DNA from: Anolis carolinensis
Lineage: Eukaryota
NCBI RefSeq assembly: GCF_035594765.1
Contig: NC_085843.1
Coordinates: 13,717,955 to 13,781,954 of the forward strand
Direction: 5' to 3'
Length of the DNA stretch: 64,000 bases
How positions within the stretch are numbered: position 1 is the first letter of the stretch; each line of letters begins with the position of its first letter. The notes below the pieces were generated by a model that searched no databases, was not told the DNA's origin, and worked only from the letters and a program-made list of their open reading frames with translations. Positions 1-13,100 of the stretch are shown piece by piece. The translations under genes and the position numbers were made by a program.

Positions 1-294
1 GAGGACTCAAGTGTTTGGGTTATATATATATATAAAGGTGCAGTAGGCGTACAAGTTTTGACTGAGGTGAAGTAATTAAATCAGAAATATTAGCATTTCT
101 TTTCTCCCTTGATGTGATAACCCATGAGTGTGTGCTTTAACAAGTCTAGATTCAAACTTGTGTTGCTGAGTAGAAGATCTGACAGAAACCAATGAGGAAA
201 CACAAAGGCGCTTTTGTATGAAGACTTCAAGAGATAAAAATCATGAAGTACGTACCATAATCTGGAATAGGATCCATACATAGGGCCTAAAAAC

Positions 295-470
295 ATCAGA
301 ACTCATAAAGTCTTGGAAGCTAAGCAGGTTAGTAGCCCTGGTTAGGACTTGGATGGGAGACTGGAATTAAATATTTCAAAGGAAGGAGCTGGCGAAACCA
401 CCTCTCAGTATTCCTATGAAAACCCTATGAAATTCATGGGGTTACTGTAAAACTTGAAGACATCCATATA
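295..470 (+). mobile_element. 5S rRNA-derived SINE (5S-Sauria-like), degraded
   Basis: Head 'tcttggaagctaagcagg...ccctggttaggacttggatgggagact' matches the 5S rRNA internal promoter region. It is followed by a 'ggcgaaaccacctctcagtattcc...aaaaccctatgaaattcatgggg' body shared with the copy at ~30.7 kb. Confidence 0.7.
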
Positions 471-1039
471 GGTCAGGACAAGAATAGGTGGTGGAACCCC
501 TTTCAACACACTATGAACACCAACACCTTACTTATTGCCTTTACAATTTGACACCTGCTTTGCTTATCTATCTGGAAATTCTATGCTGGAGATCCCATTC
601 CAGTTTAAAACCATCTTAAGATAATGATCATTCCAGAAAATCTAACTACTGAGCCAGATAGTCAAAGAATGATAGTGAAAACCAGTTGACTCCAGTTTGG
701 GGAAAGCATTCAATAACTCAAATAGCTCCTTAAATATTCAGACTAAAAGTCAAATCAGTGACTGCTTCACTGATATCAACTAGTCTCCACTGATGCACCA
801 AAAAAAATATTCCACCTCCTATCTGTTAAGAAACACAAAGTTAATTTTGTTGTGACTAACAGGGTCCGTTCATTTTAAAAGACCTATTTGAGGAAGGAGT
901 GCATTACACTTAGCTTGATGTGTTTCCCCAACTTTCCCAGTGATTCTCCAGAACTTCATTAGCCATTCCAGAAATTCCCAGAAGTGTAGCCATATGAATC
1001 AGTAGCAGCAAAAACAAGGGACCTTATATCACCTTTAAG

Positions 1040-1158
1040 CAGTGGTTCACAACCTGTGGGTTCCTAACTCCCAGAAGTCCCAAACAGTTTACCAGCAGTT
1101 AGGATTTCTGGGAGATGAAGGCCAAAACATCTGGGGACCCACAGGTTGAGAACCACTG
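1040..1158. mobile_element. hAT-type MITE (cagtggttctcaacct family)
   Basis: Terminal inverted repeats cagtggttc.caacctgtggg / cccacaggttgagaaccactg; same family recurs at least 8 times in the window. Confidence 0.85.
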
Positions 1159-1354
1159 CCTTAAATACTGTTAAGTTTTAATTGATGTATTTGATACTCC
1201 ATGCACATGAATAAGTAAATGTTGTGATTATATCTCAAAAGTATACCAAGAAGCGTAATTCCATCTGAAGGGATTTGTTTATTTTTTCATTGTTGAGCTA
1301 TGGCAATACGTTTCTTTCATTTGATGTAACTTGGAGCAAATCAAAACATAAAGC

Positions 1355-1925
1355 AGATCCAGGAGAGAGTGACCAAGATGGTAAAATGTCTACAAATCAA
1401 ACTTTATAAGGAATGGCTTAGGGAGATAGGTATGTTCAGTTTGGAGAAGTGAAGACTTAGAGGTGACATGATATCCATCTTTAAATATATGAAGGGATGT
1501 CAAATGGAAAATAAAGATGGCTTTCTGCTCCTCCAGAGACTAGAACATGAACCAATGCATTCAAATTCAAGACATTCCAATTAAATATTAGAAAGAACTT
1601 TTTTATTGTATGCGCTGTTCAAAAGTACAATAGCATGCCTCATACAAGAGTTGATGTCCCTTCTTCTGATATTTTAAAGACTAGATTACATGATCTTATC
1701 ACAATTTGCTGCTATAATTCTGCATGATAGGGGATCCAACTAGATCAGTGGTTCTCAACCTGTGGGTCCCCAGATGTTTTTGATCTTCAGCTCCCATAAA
1801 TCCTAACAGCTAGTAAACTGGCTGGGATTTCTAGGAATTGTAGGCCAAAAGCATCTGGGGACCCCAGGTTGAGAACTATTGAACTAGATTGTCCTTGTGG
1901 TCCCTTCTAGCTCTATGATTCTGTG
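1355..1925 (+). mobile_element. CR1 LINE 3' fragment (degraded), interrupted by a MITE
   Basis: CR1 3' RT-tail wording (atgttcagtttggagaag...gacttagaggtgacatgata) ending in ctatgattct. Confidence 0.75.
1746..1881. mobile_element. hAT-type MITE with 8-bp TSD
   Basis: TIRs as above, with a perfect 8-bp TSD AACTAGAT at 1738-1745 and 1882-1889. Confidence 0.9.
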
Positions 1926-4900
1926 AAAGCCATTCAAAAGTGAAAGATCTGCAGGAACTTTGGTATCTCCTTTGAATTTCGCTAAACTTTCACAGAAATA
2001 ACAGCTGAACCATCAGTTGAGACTATGACTATCATAGCAATTTTAGGTGTTGAAAATGGATAAAAATTAAAGTCACCCCCAAGCCAGATGGATGTCTAAT
2101 TCACATGGAAGCTTGTCAGCAGACATCCTGGCTTCACTGTGATAAAATATTTGCAGCTATCTGGGGTATCTAACTTGGACAAAGTTAACACAGCATTATT
2201 CATAATGATCAACAGTGATTTGTACAAAGTAGTCAAATAACTGATGGAGGAGGGTGAAGTGATGAATGTTATCTGCCAGTTGAATTGGGGGTGGATGAGT
2301 GGGTGGGAATCCAAGGCAAGTTACCATTTTTATAGGTGCTGAAAATATTTAGAATAGGATGCAAAGCTAACATCTAGAGTTGGCTCTTAATACTTTAGCA
2401 ATTCATTTAAATGATATCTTTTAAGCACAAGCTCCACTCCATACAAACAGATCTTCTTTGCTATATTTCTAATGATGGCGTAGGTGGGCAAGAATGAACA
2501 AAACATGACCTATACATCCCCTGCTGCCCCTAAATAAACATATATAATTGTGGTAGAGCCTCCTCCTTTTTTACATTTCTGGAAGCCTTCCAGAGTGGCA
2601 TGTGGAGTTGGAAACAGGATGCTGAGCATTCCTAACTCTACAAAATCTTCCGGATAAATTATGAAACTTATATCCACTATGTTGTATAGAGACCTCTGTT
2701 AACACAAGGACTCGGGGACTCTTTTTTCTTTTTTTTCTTTTTTTTTTTTGGGGGGGGGAGTCACAGCAATAGAAGATGTTACCACTCCCCATTCTCTTGT
2801 TCAACTGAAATAAATAAAACTGATAGTAGATATACAATGTGATCTGCAAAAGATACCTTCCTGAGCTTACAGTGGAAACAGGAAAGTATAGATACTTAGT
2901 TGTCTTAGAAGACCCAGAAAATTTCTAGAGAGATATTTTATTAAGGAATTTGCTAGGTCCTCCAGAGCAACTCTGAGGTAACTTCCTGCAGACATGTACC
3001 ATAGAAACACTTGAAAGATCTACAAAATGTTTCAGATGTTGGTAAATGAAAATATGGATACCAGTCCCATCAATCTGAAAGTCATACTGTAACTGCAAAA
3101 TAACCAGAACATGGAGCAATGCCTACAAAAAAGACAGTGAACCTATAGTTCAATAGCTTACAGAAAAAGGAATGACACATCAACTGTAATTTACAGGAAA
3201 AGGAGTCACACATTTCCCGTGAATTGGCCCAGGTCATGAGTGGTCAGATTTTAGCATTCTGAATTGGCTATGTTTTGGAAGTTTCTTGCAAAGGTAGTCC
3301 TATTAGACTGCTTTACGGGAGTCTAAATGCATGTAAGCAAAGCATATAATACATATTTTAAAAATTCCATTGAAAACAATACATATCACCAATATATTAT
3401 TGCAAGTCGTTTTTGCATAAGCAGTCGGTTTCCACAAACTTAATGAAACAAATGTACTTTTCATTCCCTTCCCATACATACACACACACACACACCACAG
3501 TTGGGCATGCAAAGGACACCACAGAGGAGGCTAATTTAACTTTCCTAGGAAGGTAGTTCCAGAACTTGAGAGCAACCACCCGTGTTTCTACTTGAGATAC
3601 AATGAGGGTGATGGGAAAAGAGAAAGATCTCTTCTGCAGACATCAAAACCCAAACTACTTCTTACAGAAGAACATGATGCTTCAAATGTCTAGTAGGTCC
3701 TCTACTTTTGAAGGGGTTAGGGTCCAGAGCACCCCTGCAAAAGTGAAAAAACTGAGACAACATCTCTGTAGGAATCTCTACTACCTCCATTGCAACCCCA
3801 TAAACTTCCAGCAGGCATTGACCATAGAGATGTGCAGAAGAAGCTAGAGAGAACATTCCAGTCAAATCTGCAAAGAATCAAAAGTACCTTCAGCATGACT
3901 CTTGACTACAGAACAACACAGGAGGATCTACAAATGCATAGAGAAGTGTTCTCTTTAGGAATCTCTATGTCCTTCAGGGCAACTCTATGGTTCGCTTCCA
4001 GTGGAAGTTGACAACAAATCAATGAATAATCAAATCCACAAAAGTAAAACTTGCAAATGTGGATAGCCAACTATATATTGCTATTGGCCTTAAGATTAAA
4101 AAACAAGGAGAAAACTTTTCATTAAGGATGTGTCCATCTAAAGATATACCCAGAACTAGAAATATGCATGAAGGAATATGATATACTCTAGTTGCATCAT
4201 CTTCAGCATCCAAAACCACAAAGGAAAACTGTGATGGAGCTAAGAATAGCACAGAAGCACATCTGGTTCATGCAGACACTTATACTCTCATCTTCCTCCT
4301 CCCAAAATAGGATCAATTTTGAATTTCAAATAGAGCAATAATGAGTAAAATCTTCGCATCCGCTACTTAATATGTGTTTTGATGGCATGGGTAAGCTTTT
4401 GAGCTTGAGCAAAATACAGGAGAGTCATTCTGAGATACTTGAGTATCAGATCTTGTTCAAAAAAGGACATATCTCCTGATGTCAATAGCAGGATACTAAC
4501 AATCTTAATGGCTCTCTTGAATTCTAGATAAAATTCCAAAGCTTTTATTGAGCAGTCCACAATAGATTTGAAAGCGGTAAATAGGAGTTTTTATTTTAAA
4601 AAGCAAGCGAGAAGGTCAATAACACTGAAGACAGCCAAAAGTAGTTTAAGAGAGACACAAGACATTTGTTTTTATCAACATTTCCTAGACTTCTGAAGAA
4701 ATAAAAAAAGCCTGCAAAATGGTTTACTAGAAGAGACAACAAGAGTCATCTAACATCATTCGTTTTTGGTCATTTCTTAATACAGAGTAGAGTTTCGACA
4801 TATTACTTTTTTGTACCACAGCTCCTAGTACTCTAATAGTTTCAATCTGTTTATTTTTCATGTTTATTTTTTCAAAGCATCCGAGCCTTCTCAATCCAAA

Positions 4901-5278
4901 TGTATGTAGTGGGGTGATAGAGAAAAGTAATAGTTGACGTATGTGTGTATATATGTGTGTGTGTATGTCCTCCATCAAACAGCATTAAGGACCTTCAATT
5001 AGCTTCTATTACATCCCCCAAATAAGGATGCAGATTACAGACTGGATATTTGCACATGAAGATATGCAGCTGTGGTGAAGTACCTGAGGGCATACAAGCC
5101 TGCCATCAAACCATCATGAGCACAGGTCACAACCAACACTCAAGGACAGCTAAGTGGGAGCCAAGGAGCAAGCTCTTTAGAACCACCCTCCACTCAGTAC
5201 TAGAGGAAAGGAAAATCACATTGGTGGGGAATGGAGAGGAAGGCTTGAAAGCAAGAGCAGGACAAAAACTTCTCAATG

Positions 5279-5450
5279 TGTTGTCGAAGGCTTTCATGGC
5301 TGGAATCATTGAGTTGTGAGTTTTCCGGGCTGTATGGCCATGTTCTAGAAGCATCCTCTCCTGATGTTTCACTCACATGAATGGCAGGCATCCTCAGAAG
5401 TTGTGAGGTATATTGGAAACTAAGCAATGGGAGGTTTATATATCTGTGGA
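5279..5450 (-). mobile_element. Penelope-like element pLTR fragment
   Basis: ttgtcgaaggctttcatggctggaatc...gggctgtatggccatgttctagaagc motif, also at 33205 and 55043; contains a degenerate minimal hammerhead core on the minus strand. Confidence 0.75.
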
Positions 5451-6484
5451 AGAAAGAACTCATTTCTCATTTATTCTTATTCTGCTTCACAATGTTCCAT
5501 CTCTGCTTGAGACCCTTCACTTCTTCTAACATTCAGCACGTTCGGATTTGTTTGTGCTCACTTATCCTTCTAATCCTAAATGCAAGTCTAGAGGTTTTCA
5601 TTCAGAATACATTTAATCAAATACCTAAAGGTATCCAACAGAGTTGACAAGAGACTTGCAAAAAAGCAGAGTTAGGATTTGGCTTAATAAAGCTCCTATG
5701 CCAACAAAGCTTTTATATAGAAGTACAATAATGTGTAGATTTTATTTATTTATTTATTTATTTATTTAGATCACTTTTACCCCACCCTTCTCACCTGTAG
5801 GGACTCAGGGTGGCTTACAACAGTTGGCAATTTACATTGCCCAGAACACATTCAATAAAACAATAACAAAATCAATTAAAAACTCTATTAAACTCTATTA
5901 AAACATGAATTATAAAATTTTAAAATGCACATGTAGTTAGATTCGTCCTTTATAGGCCAATATTCATAAGACATATATCCTTCATATTTCGGTTTTACTA
6001 GCAAAGAACCATCAAACTTCCAGCTCAGTTGACCAGTTAAACCACTAAGATAGCACTTTCCATGGAAAGGATAGTAAATACAAGAAGCTGTCAGGTTGGG
6101 ATGCCAATGGAGCTGCAACTCGGAAAGTCAGAATTGGCTCTCTGGTTCAATGTAATTACTGGTGATCACTGGCCTGGGGCTTGACGCTTGCAGATGAAGA
6201 AAAGAGTTGGCAGGCAGTAGCATATCAGGATTTGCACAATGTTTTCAGATGGCTTTACTCCTCGCATTAAAGCTGAAAAGCTAGGCATCATGGTGTAGTG
6301 ATTGAGCATTGGGACCAGGGCCAGCCCTAGGCAGAGTGTGGCGGCTACCTCAGACAGCAAAAAGCCTTGTTATCAACATTCCCACCAGAATACTCTAAGA
6401 TAGCCTATCTGTTGCCATGTAGGTAGCCCCATGCTTCTTAAAATAATGGAATCATAGACACTCAGAAACACAGAGCTGGAAGAA

Positions 6485-6995
6485 ACCACAAGGGTCATAG
6501 AATCATAGAATCATATTGCTGGAAGAGACCACCAAGGCCATTCAGTCCAACCCCATTCTGCCAAGCAAGAATATACAATCAACACTCTCCCAAAAGATAG
6601 ATATCTAGCCTCTCTTTAAACAGCTCTGAAAAAGGAGAGTCCAACATACTATGAAGCAGTGTAGCCCATGTTCAAACAGCACTTACTCTGAGCAAGTTCT
6701 TCCTATCGTTCAGTTGGAATCCCTTTCCCTGAAGGTTGAGTCCATTGTTCCATGTCCTTGTCTCGGGAGCAGTAGAAAACAAGCTTGCTCCACCCTCCAA
6801 ATGACATATTTCCAAAGATTTAAATATCCTTATCCTGTCACCTTTTCACTTTTTCTTCTCCAAGATAAACCTACCAGTTCACTTATCCACTCATCATTGA
6901 GCCTGTCTTCCAGGCCTTTCATCATTTTGGTTGCTCTTCTCTTGACATATTTCTAGCTTGTCTGCATCCTTCCTGAATTGTGGTGCCCAGAACTG
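6485..6995 (-). mobile_element. CR1 LINE 3' fragment
   Basis: (atagaatc)n tail on + (ATTCTATG repeat on minus) followed by reverse-complement CR1 3' sequence. Confidence 0.8.
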
Positions 6996-8719
6996 GAAGT
7001 TACCAATCAGGAAAAGATTAAGGCAATCTACAACTCTTACCCATCCCTATACAAAGCCTTATGCTCTCCAAAAGTTCAGAAAAATATTTAGAAGACAAAG
7101 CCCTTCCAATTCTTAATGAAGATCAAAGAAAGAGACTTGATGAACCAATAACTTGTGGACATCATCTCTGAGATAAAAATGGCTCAATGCTATAGGTCTC
7201 AATTAAATGAATGTAATATAATAATATAATAATGCTACGGAATTCTGGGATTTTTAGTTTTGTGAGTCCCCAGTGCACTTTGGCAGAGAAGGCCAAAGAC
7301 TATGTAAAACTATAACTCCCAGGTTTTCATAGCACTGAGCCATGGTGGTGTTAAACTGCATTCATTCTACAGTGTAGATGTACCCTCAGATATTGTTTCA
7401 ATTTCTATGACAACGTCCCATGAAATCCTGGGATTTGCAGTTTAGAGAAAGGCATTTAGAATTCTCAGCCAGAAAGCTCAATTGTTTAAATGCCAGTCAC
7501 TAAATTATAAAGTTCAGGATTCCATCAGATGTCTCCAAGGCAGTTAGTACTATCATAACACCATCATTTTGTAGTTTGAAAGGACTCCATGTCTTCCTAA
7601 GCAAATGTTATAAAATCCCTAGTGCTATTCTGCACATTCACTGCAACATTTGACTTGCTGAGAAAAAGGGAGTGCTCAACACATCACTGATAAGACTAAA
7701 ACTCTACAGAAAGCTCGAAGCCAACGTTGCTGAACAACCAGCTCCATCCTTCACAGCTGAACAGACTCAGGAGGAGAGCAACGTACCAACACTCATTTTG
7801 AAAAGGCTCTTAGTCATACGTTATTTAAACTCCACAATTGCCATATAGCAGTGCTGAGAGACTTTGACACAACATACACACGCACATATACTTCCATACA
7901 TATTCACAAGTCTGCAAGTATGAGCTATTTCTTAGTCTGACTCAGCTCCAGCCAACACTATTTACAATGAAAAATGCCATGAATAGACATTTACAATAGG
8001 ATTTATACCAGATGGGTTCAGCTCAACCAAAAAAGTGCAGAACTTGGAAGCTGTCTTCCTCTTCTAACCATTAGGTGAAATACACAGTTTGGCTTGAACT
8101 GATCAGTCCAGTGGCTTTTAATGTATCCGACTAAAAGCCATTACAAAAAAAAACAACATTAAAATATCTATTGTTGTGTGCCTTTAAATAATTTCCAACT
8201 AATAGTAACCCTAAAATGAACCCATGGCATCTGAAACCTAAAACACTTTTAATCCCAAGTATTTTGGATAAGAGGGTCTCCGCCTGTATTTTACTATCCA
8301 TACTCTCATATTAGTAATATCATTAAACTGGAGAAAGATAATAATACATCATAGAATCATAGTTGGAATACACATAATTGGCAGTTTGAGGGCAGATAGC
8401 ATTGAAGAATATTGGAGTGGCAACCTCAAACATTTCCAGCATGAGACATTTACATCAATGTGGCTGAAACTCTCATGGACAAGCCCTAAGGCCTCAGCAG
8501 AGCTAAGCAAGCCCACTCACATGTAAAACTATGCTGGTTTATTAAGCTTCACAAAACTAGAATAGAAGTGGAAGATGAATTTCCAGCCTCTTTAGCAGTG
8601 ACATGACAGCATAATAGGGTAAGATTTTTGCAGTTTCTTGATAGCTAAAATTATTATTTCTTGGAAGAAGAATTTCTAGAAAGCAGTCAAGATTGGAGTT
8701 ACACTTTTTTCTTGTGGGA

Positions 8720-8861
8720 NNNNNNNNNNNNNNNNNNNNNNNNNNNNNNNNNNNNNNNNNNNNNNNNNNNNNNNNNNNNNNNNNNNNNNNNNNNNNNNNN
8801 NNNNNNNNNNNNNNNNNNNNNNNNNNNNNNNNNNNNNNNNNNNNNNNNNNNNNNNNNNNNN
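8720..8861. other. Assembly gap (run of N)
   Basis: 142 consecutive N. Confidence 1.
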
Positions 8862-11061
8862 CTGTGTCCAGTTATGAGCACCACAATCAAAGATGAATAA
8901 TGACAAGCTGGAATATATTCAGAAAATGGCAACCAAAAAACTCCTAGGATGCCAAAACATGGAGCCTAGTTAAACATAGTTAAAGTGCATCAGTCTGCAT
9001 TACTTCTGCAGTGTAGATGCACCCATTGAGGATAAGAAAACTTAAGAATATTTTTTACATTCCTACTTTGGTGAAGCAGTTACAGTGTAAGAAAATGCAG
9101 CCTTCCAGCCAGAAAATACTCATAGCAGGCTAAGCCTAAGGTCTATCACTCACCCTGACTTTCCTTCTATGCATTTATGGTGAGCATAAAAATGATGTGG
9201 CATGAATCCTCTATGCTTTTACTGTTAGGAAAAGACTTATAGTCCAGGGTTGGAAAGAAAAATATTCACAATCTATTGCCCAATGTTCAGTAAATCTGAG
9301 TGCTTTAGCTATGCATCAACATGCATTTTATAGGCACCACATTCAAGGAAACGAGTTCTTGAAAATATGGCCATCTTATATTCATGTATATTCCTATCCC
9401 ACATACATATACTATTTACTACTGTCTTCCTTTTTTTTTCTTTACTTTTTTTCTCCCCTTTCTCTGTAATACTATTTTAATGACCCAATAAAAAATAAAA
9501 AGGAAAGAGAAACTTGTCACCTTGAGCTCCTTAGAGAAAAGACATGATAAGAAGGTAGAGCATACATAAATATACCCAAACAACAAGCTGGAGATTGAAA
9601 TTGTGTGCTTATAGATGTGAGAGATAAAATACTTGTGGGAAGATGGAAGACAAAAGGGAAAAAATGCAGGTGGAAAGACATATAAGGATGCAGGGAGCAG
9701 AAGAAATGATACAGATATTATGTGCTAAGTTGGCTTCAACGAGTAATGACCCCACAGCTGTCCAAGAAACCCTGTTATTAACAGCCTAGATCAGGTCTTG
9801 CAAAGTAAGGGTCATGGCTTCTTTGACTAAATCAATCCACCTGCCATGCCATCTTCCCCTTTTCCTCTTCCCTTCTATCTCACTAAACATCATGGTATTT
9901 TCCAGTGAGTAATGGCACCTCTCAATATGAATGATGTAGGAAAAACATGAATAATTTTCCCATACAGTACAGCCCCCAAATCCACAGGGATATTTTTCAG
10001 GATCCCATGTGACTATCTGAATCCATAGATAATAAGAAACTATATATGTTTACTACATGTGGGTCAAAAGCATACTGTAGAACCACACTGGATGATCTAG
10101 AGAGGCTCTGAAACATTTCCAGGAGGGAATATTTTTTGGACCAAAGATAAGTGAAACTATGGGTATCAAATCCATGAATAAGAGAGTTGTAGGGTATGTG
10201 TGCGGTGAGGTGGGAGGGTATGTAAATACACACAAACATACAGTGCTCAGTAACAATGCTTCCAATGCTGGCATTGAATGTTTGCCTTATACGCTGGAAA
10301 TTGCCCTGAGTCCCTATGGGAGAGAGGGCAGTCTACAAATAAAGTTTTATTATTGTTATTATTATTATTATTAATGCCACCTGCCCATTCCAACAATCCC
10401 ACTACTGACTGAGTCATTCTGGGAAATATCTTTTTTAAAAGTAAGACCAGACTAAACCATCAATTCAGAACTTCTAATGTTTACAGTGCAGCTGTCACTG
10501 TTTACTTGTACAATTTGTGCAGCTTGATGTAGTTTGTGGAGAAATGGTTCTTGCATGTGTGAAAATGTTCCCAAGACTTGTAGATAATATAGCCTACATT
10601 CTGCATGATGTTTGATAAAATTACACTGCATTACACAATGAGATTGTGGTATCTGCCAAAGGGCCCCCTTACTATCCCACTATGCAAGATAGATTAAACA
10701 GGTGTAATTGCTGCAATTCCAGTAAATAAAGTCATATGCTGAAGGCATGGAACAACATCCATTCCATGTGACTGAAATCCTGTGGGTCATTCTCAACTAG
10801 ACTAGACTTATTCAATCAACTGTTTATAGTGAGTTAACACATAGGTAAATCCAGTTAGCTTCTGAAACCTCTGAAACTCCAATTACTCAGCCATGAACTG
10901 AACATATCCATTGTACACTAGCAAAAAAGTATAATGGCACACACCGAGTGAAATTACACAAGATGAATAGCACCACAGGAATTAGTAGGGGTGTGTGGTG
11001 TTGTTGTTGCTTTTCATTCTCACATGGATGAAAGAGAGAAACACTATTTCCACATTTTATA

Positions 11062-12214
11062 TGTTATGGTTGAGCCTCATGGCTCTACTACTGGGAGACG
11101 TGGGCGTAAGACTCCTCGAGAGTCAGATACTCTCGAGGAGCGAGAAAGGAAGCGGCTGCGAGATATCTTTGCAGAACCATCTGACGAAGATTCTTTTGAG
11201 GGGTTTACTGAGAGAATGGAGGAAGAGGTGGTTAGCTCGGAAGAAGATGATATGGAATGGACTCGGGTAAGGGAGGATTTGGGTGCCACTGGCAATGATA
11301 CTATGGAAGACGATTGGGGACCTTCAGGATTAGACCCGTGGACAAGCTGGAGGGATGGGACAGGATCCACAGCTGGGGATGCTGTGGGGCGTAGTCAGAG
11401 GTGTTCCAGTTCTGATGAGGAAAGTGATGAGGAAACGCCCGGGCTAAGGAGAACAGCTGATAGTGATGAGGACTTGTAACTGGCATAAAATGGGGTTTGG
11501 GAGCAATAGCAAATTGCGTTGGGCAAGGTAATCTGGACGAACGCTTGGGATCTGTGTGGGAAGTTTTCCTGAAGACGGGTGTAATTCGTTTGCTGACTAC
11601 GTAAGTTATCCTGGACATTGGGCTCAGACGGCGGGAGGAATTGTGTGGGGTTTTGTTGTGCAACCTCTGCTTAATCTTAATAGCTTTGACCTTCCGTCGT
11701 CTTCTTGACGGACGCCATCTGCTACTCTGGATTTACGGACTGAACTGACTACGGCCTCGGATTCTCCTACCTGTGTCTGTCGTTGGAACTGGTGAACTAC
11801 AAACGTCTGCATCTGCCTTACGACCTTCGGAACGGACTGGGACTACGCTGACTGCTTCAACCCTCGTCTGCTGTGTTTGTATTGGGAATTTGCCTGCTGT
11901 GTGGAGGAGTAACTTCTAAAGTTACTCAAACATAGTTTTTGGCAGCAGAGAAGCATCTGCTGCCAATTAGTTGCATTCTTTTGAACCTTTTGTTCACCGG
12001 CTTCTGTTTGTTTAATCCCAGGCTGAAGCAAGCTGTTTTGATTTAGTCCGAATTAAACTCCGGTTTAATTCGGTTTATCTTTTGAACGTTTTTCTTGTCT
12101 CTTTTTACTTTTAAGGCCAGTGTTTGCCTAGCCCTTGTCTTTTACGGGCATTTTTGGTTCTGTAACTCCAATAAACTCTGTTATCTTTTATCTTGTGGCG
12201 TTCTGTCTTTGACA
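11062..12214 (+). mobile_element. Solo LTR (1153 bp), copy A, probably Ty3/Gypsy
   Basis: Ends TGTTA...TGACA with 5-bp TSD TTATA (11057-11061 / 12215-12219); TATA-like CATAAAA at 11484; AATAAA at 12170; homologous to 13101-14241. Confidence 0.9.
11066..11479 (+). CDS. LTR (U3)-encoded 137-aa acidic protein with basic NLS-like patches and an FxGF IBM/TIM-like motif, copy A
   Basis: Frame is open from the first LTR bases to TAA just before the TATA box. Same length as copy B, no indels, many synonymous differences. Confidence 0.7.
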   Translation: MVEPHGSTTGRRGRKTPRESDTLEERERKRLRDIFAEPSDEDSFEGFTERMEEEVVSSEEDDMEWTRVREDLGATGNDTMEDDWGPSGLDPWTSWRDGTGSTAGDAVGRSQRCSSSDEESDEETPGLRRTADSDEDL

Positions 12215-12477
12215 TTATATGCAGACAAAAATGTTATCTGCACAAACATCCCTGTGTAAATTTTGCATTGAATAAGTCCAAATTGTGAAAATTCCCATCA
12301 GTCAGAGATTTTTGACTCCAGGATTTCTCAACACTTGAGGAAAAAAACCATATACAGTATGACTCTTCTCTTTGTGGAGATATGTTCCGCATATGAATAC
12401 TCAAAACTGTGTATAACAGTGATCCCTAGATTTTAGCTGTGCTTGGGCCAGAAGCATACTGTAGTATAGCACTAGGA

Positions 12478-12612
12478 CAGTGGTTCTCAACCTGTGGGTC
12501 CCCAGATGTTTTGGCCTTCAACTCCCAGAAATCTTAACAGCTGGTAAACTGGCTGGGATTTTTGGGAGTTGTAGGCCAAAATACCTGGGGAACCACAGGT
12601 TGAGAACCACTG
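12478..12612. mobile_element. hAT-type MITE (cagtggttctcaacct family)
   Basis: TIRs cagtggttctcaacctgtgg / ccacaggttgagaaccactg. Confidence 0.9.
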
Positions 12613-13100
12613 GTCTAGAAGATCTAGAAAGGCCCACAAACACTTCTGGGGGAAGTAAGGAGGGATTGTTTTGGACTATAGCTAAGTGAATCCACTGATA
12701 TTAAATCTGTGAATAATGGGAATAGTACTGTATTCTTGCCATCTCTAGAAAAGCTTAAAATGATTATCTGCTTGACTTGATGACTCCTCTTGAGACAGTC
12801 AAGTCAAATGAAGGAGAACAACCAGACTGGAAATAAGAAACATTACTTGCTTGGACTACAACTTCAAAAATATCAACACCAGTACAGTAATCACACTTTC
12901 TGCCACTTCACTAATTTAAAATGTGAAGATCTCAGCTCAGACATGAGGAGGTTTATTGCTGCTATTGTGTCGTGTTATCTGTGCCTGGAAAAGTTATTTA
13001 TTTTTATTTATTTACAGCATTTATATTCCGCCCTTCTCACCCTGAAGGGGCCTCAGGGCGGGTCACATTACACATATAGGCAAACATTCAATGCCTTTTA

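Noticed and set aside
295-365. 5S rRNA gene (also ~30720)
   Set aside because: Partial, diverged and fused to a repeat body; a SINE rather than a functional rRNA gene.
3600-4560. Cluster of short ORFs possibly from an old retroelement (LINE ORF1 or DIRS recombinase)
   Set aside because: Only vague motif resemblance; cannot be assigned without a profile search.
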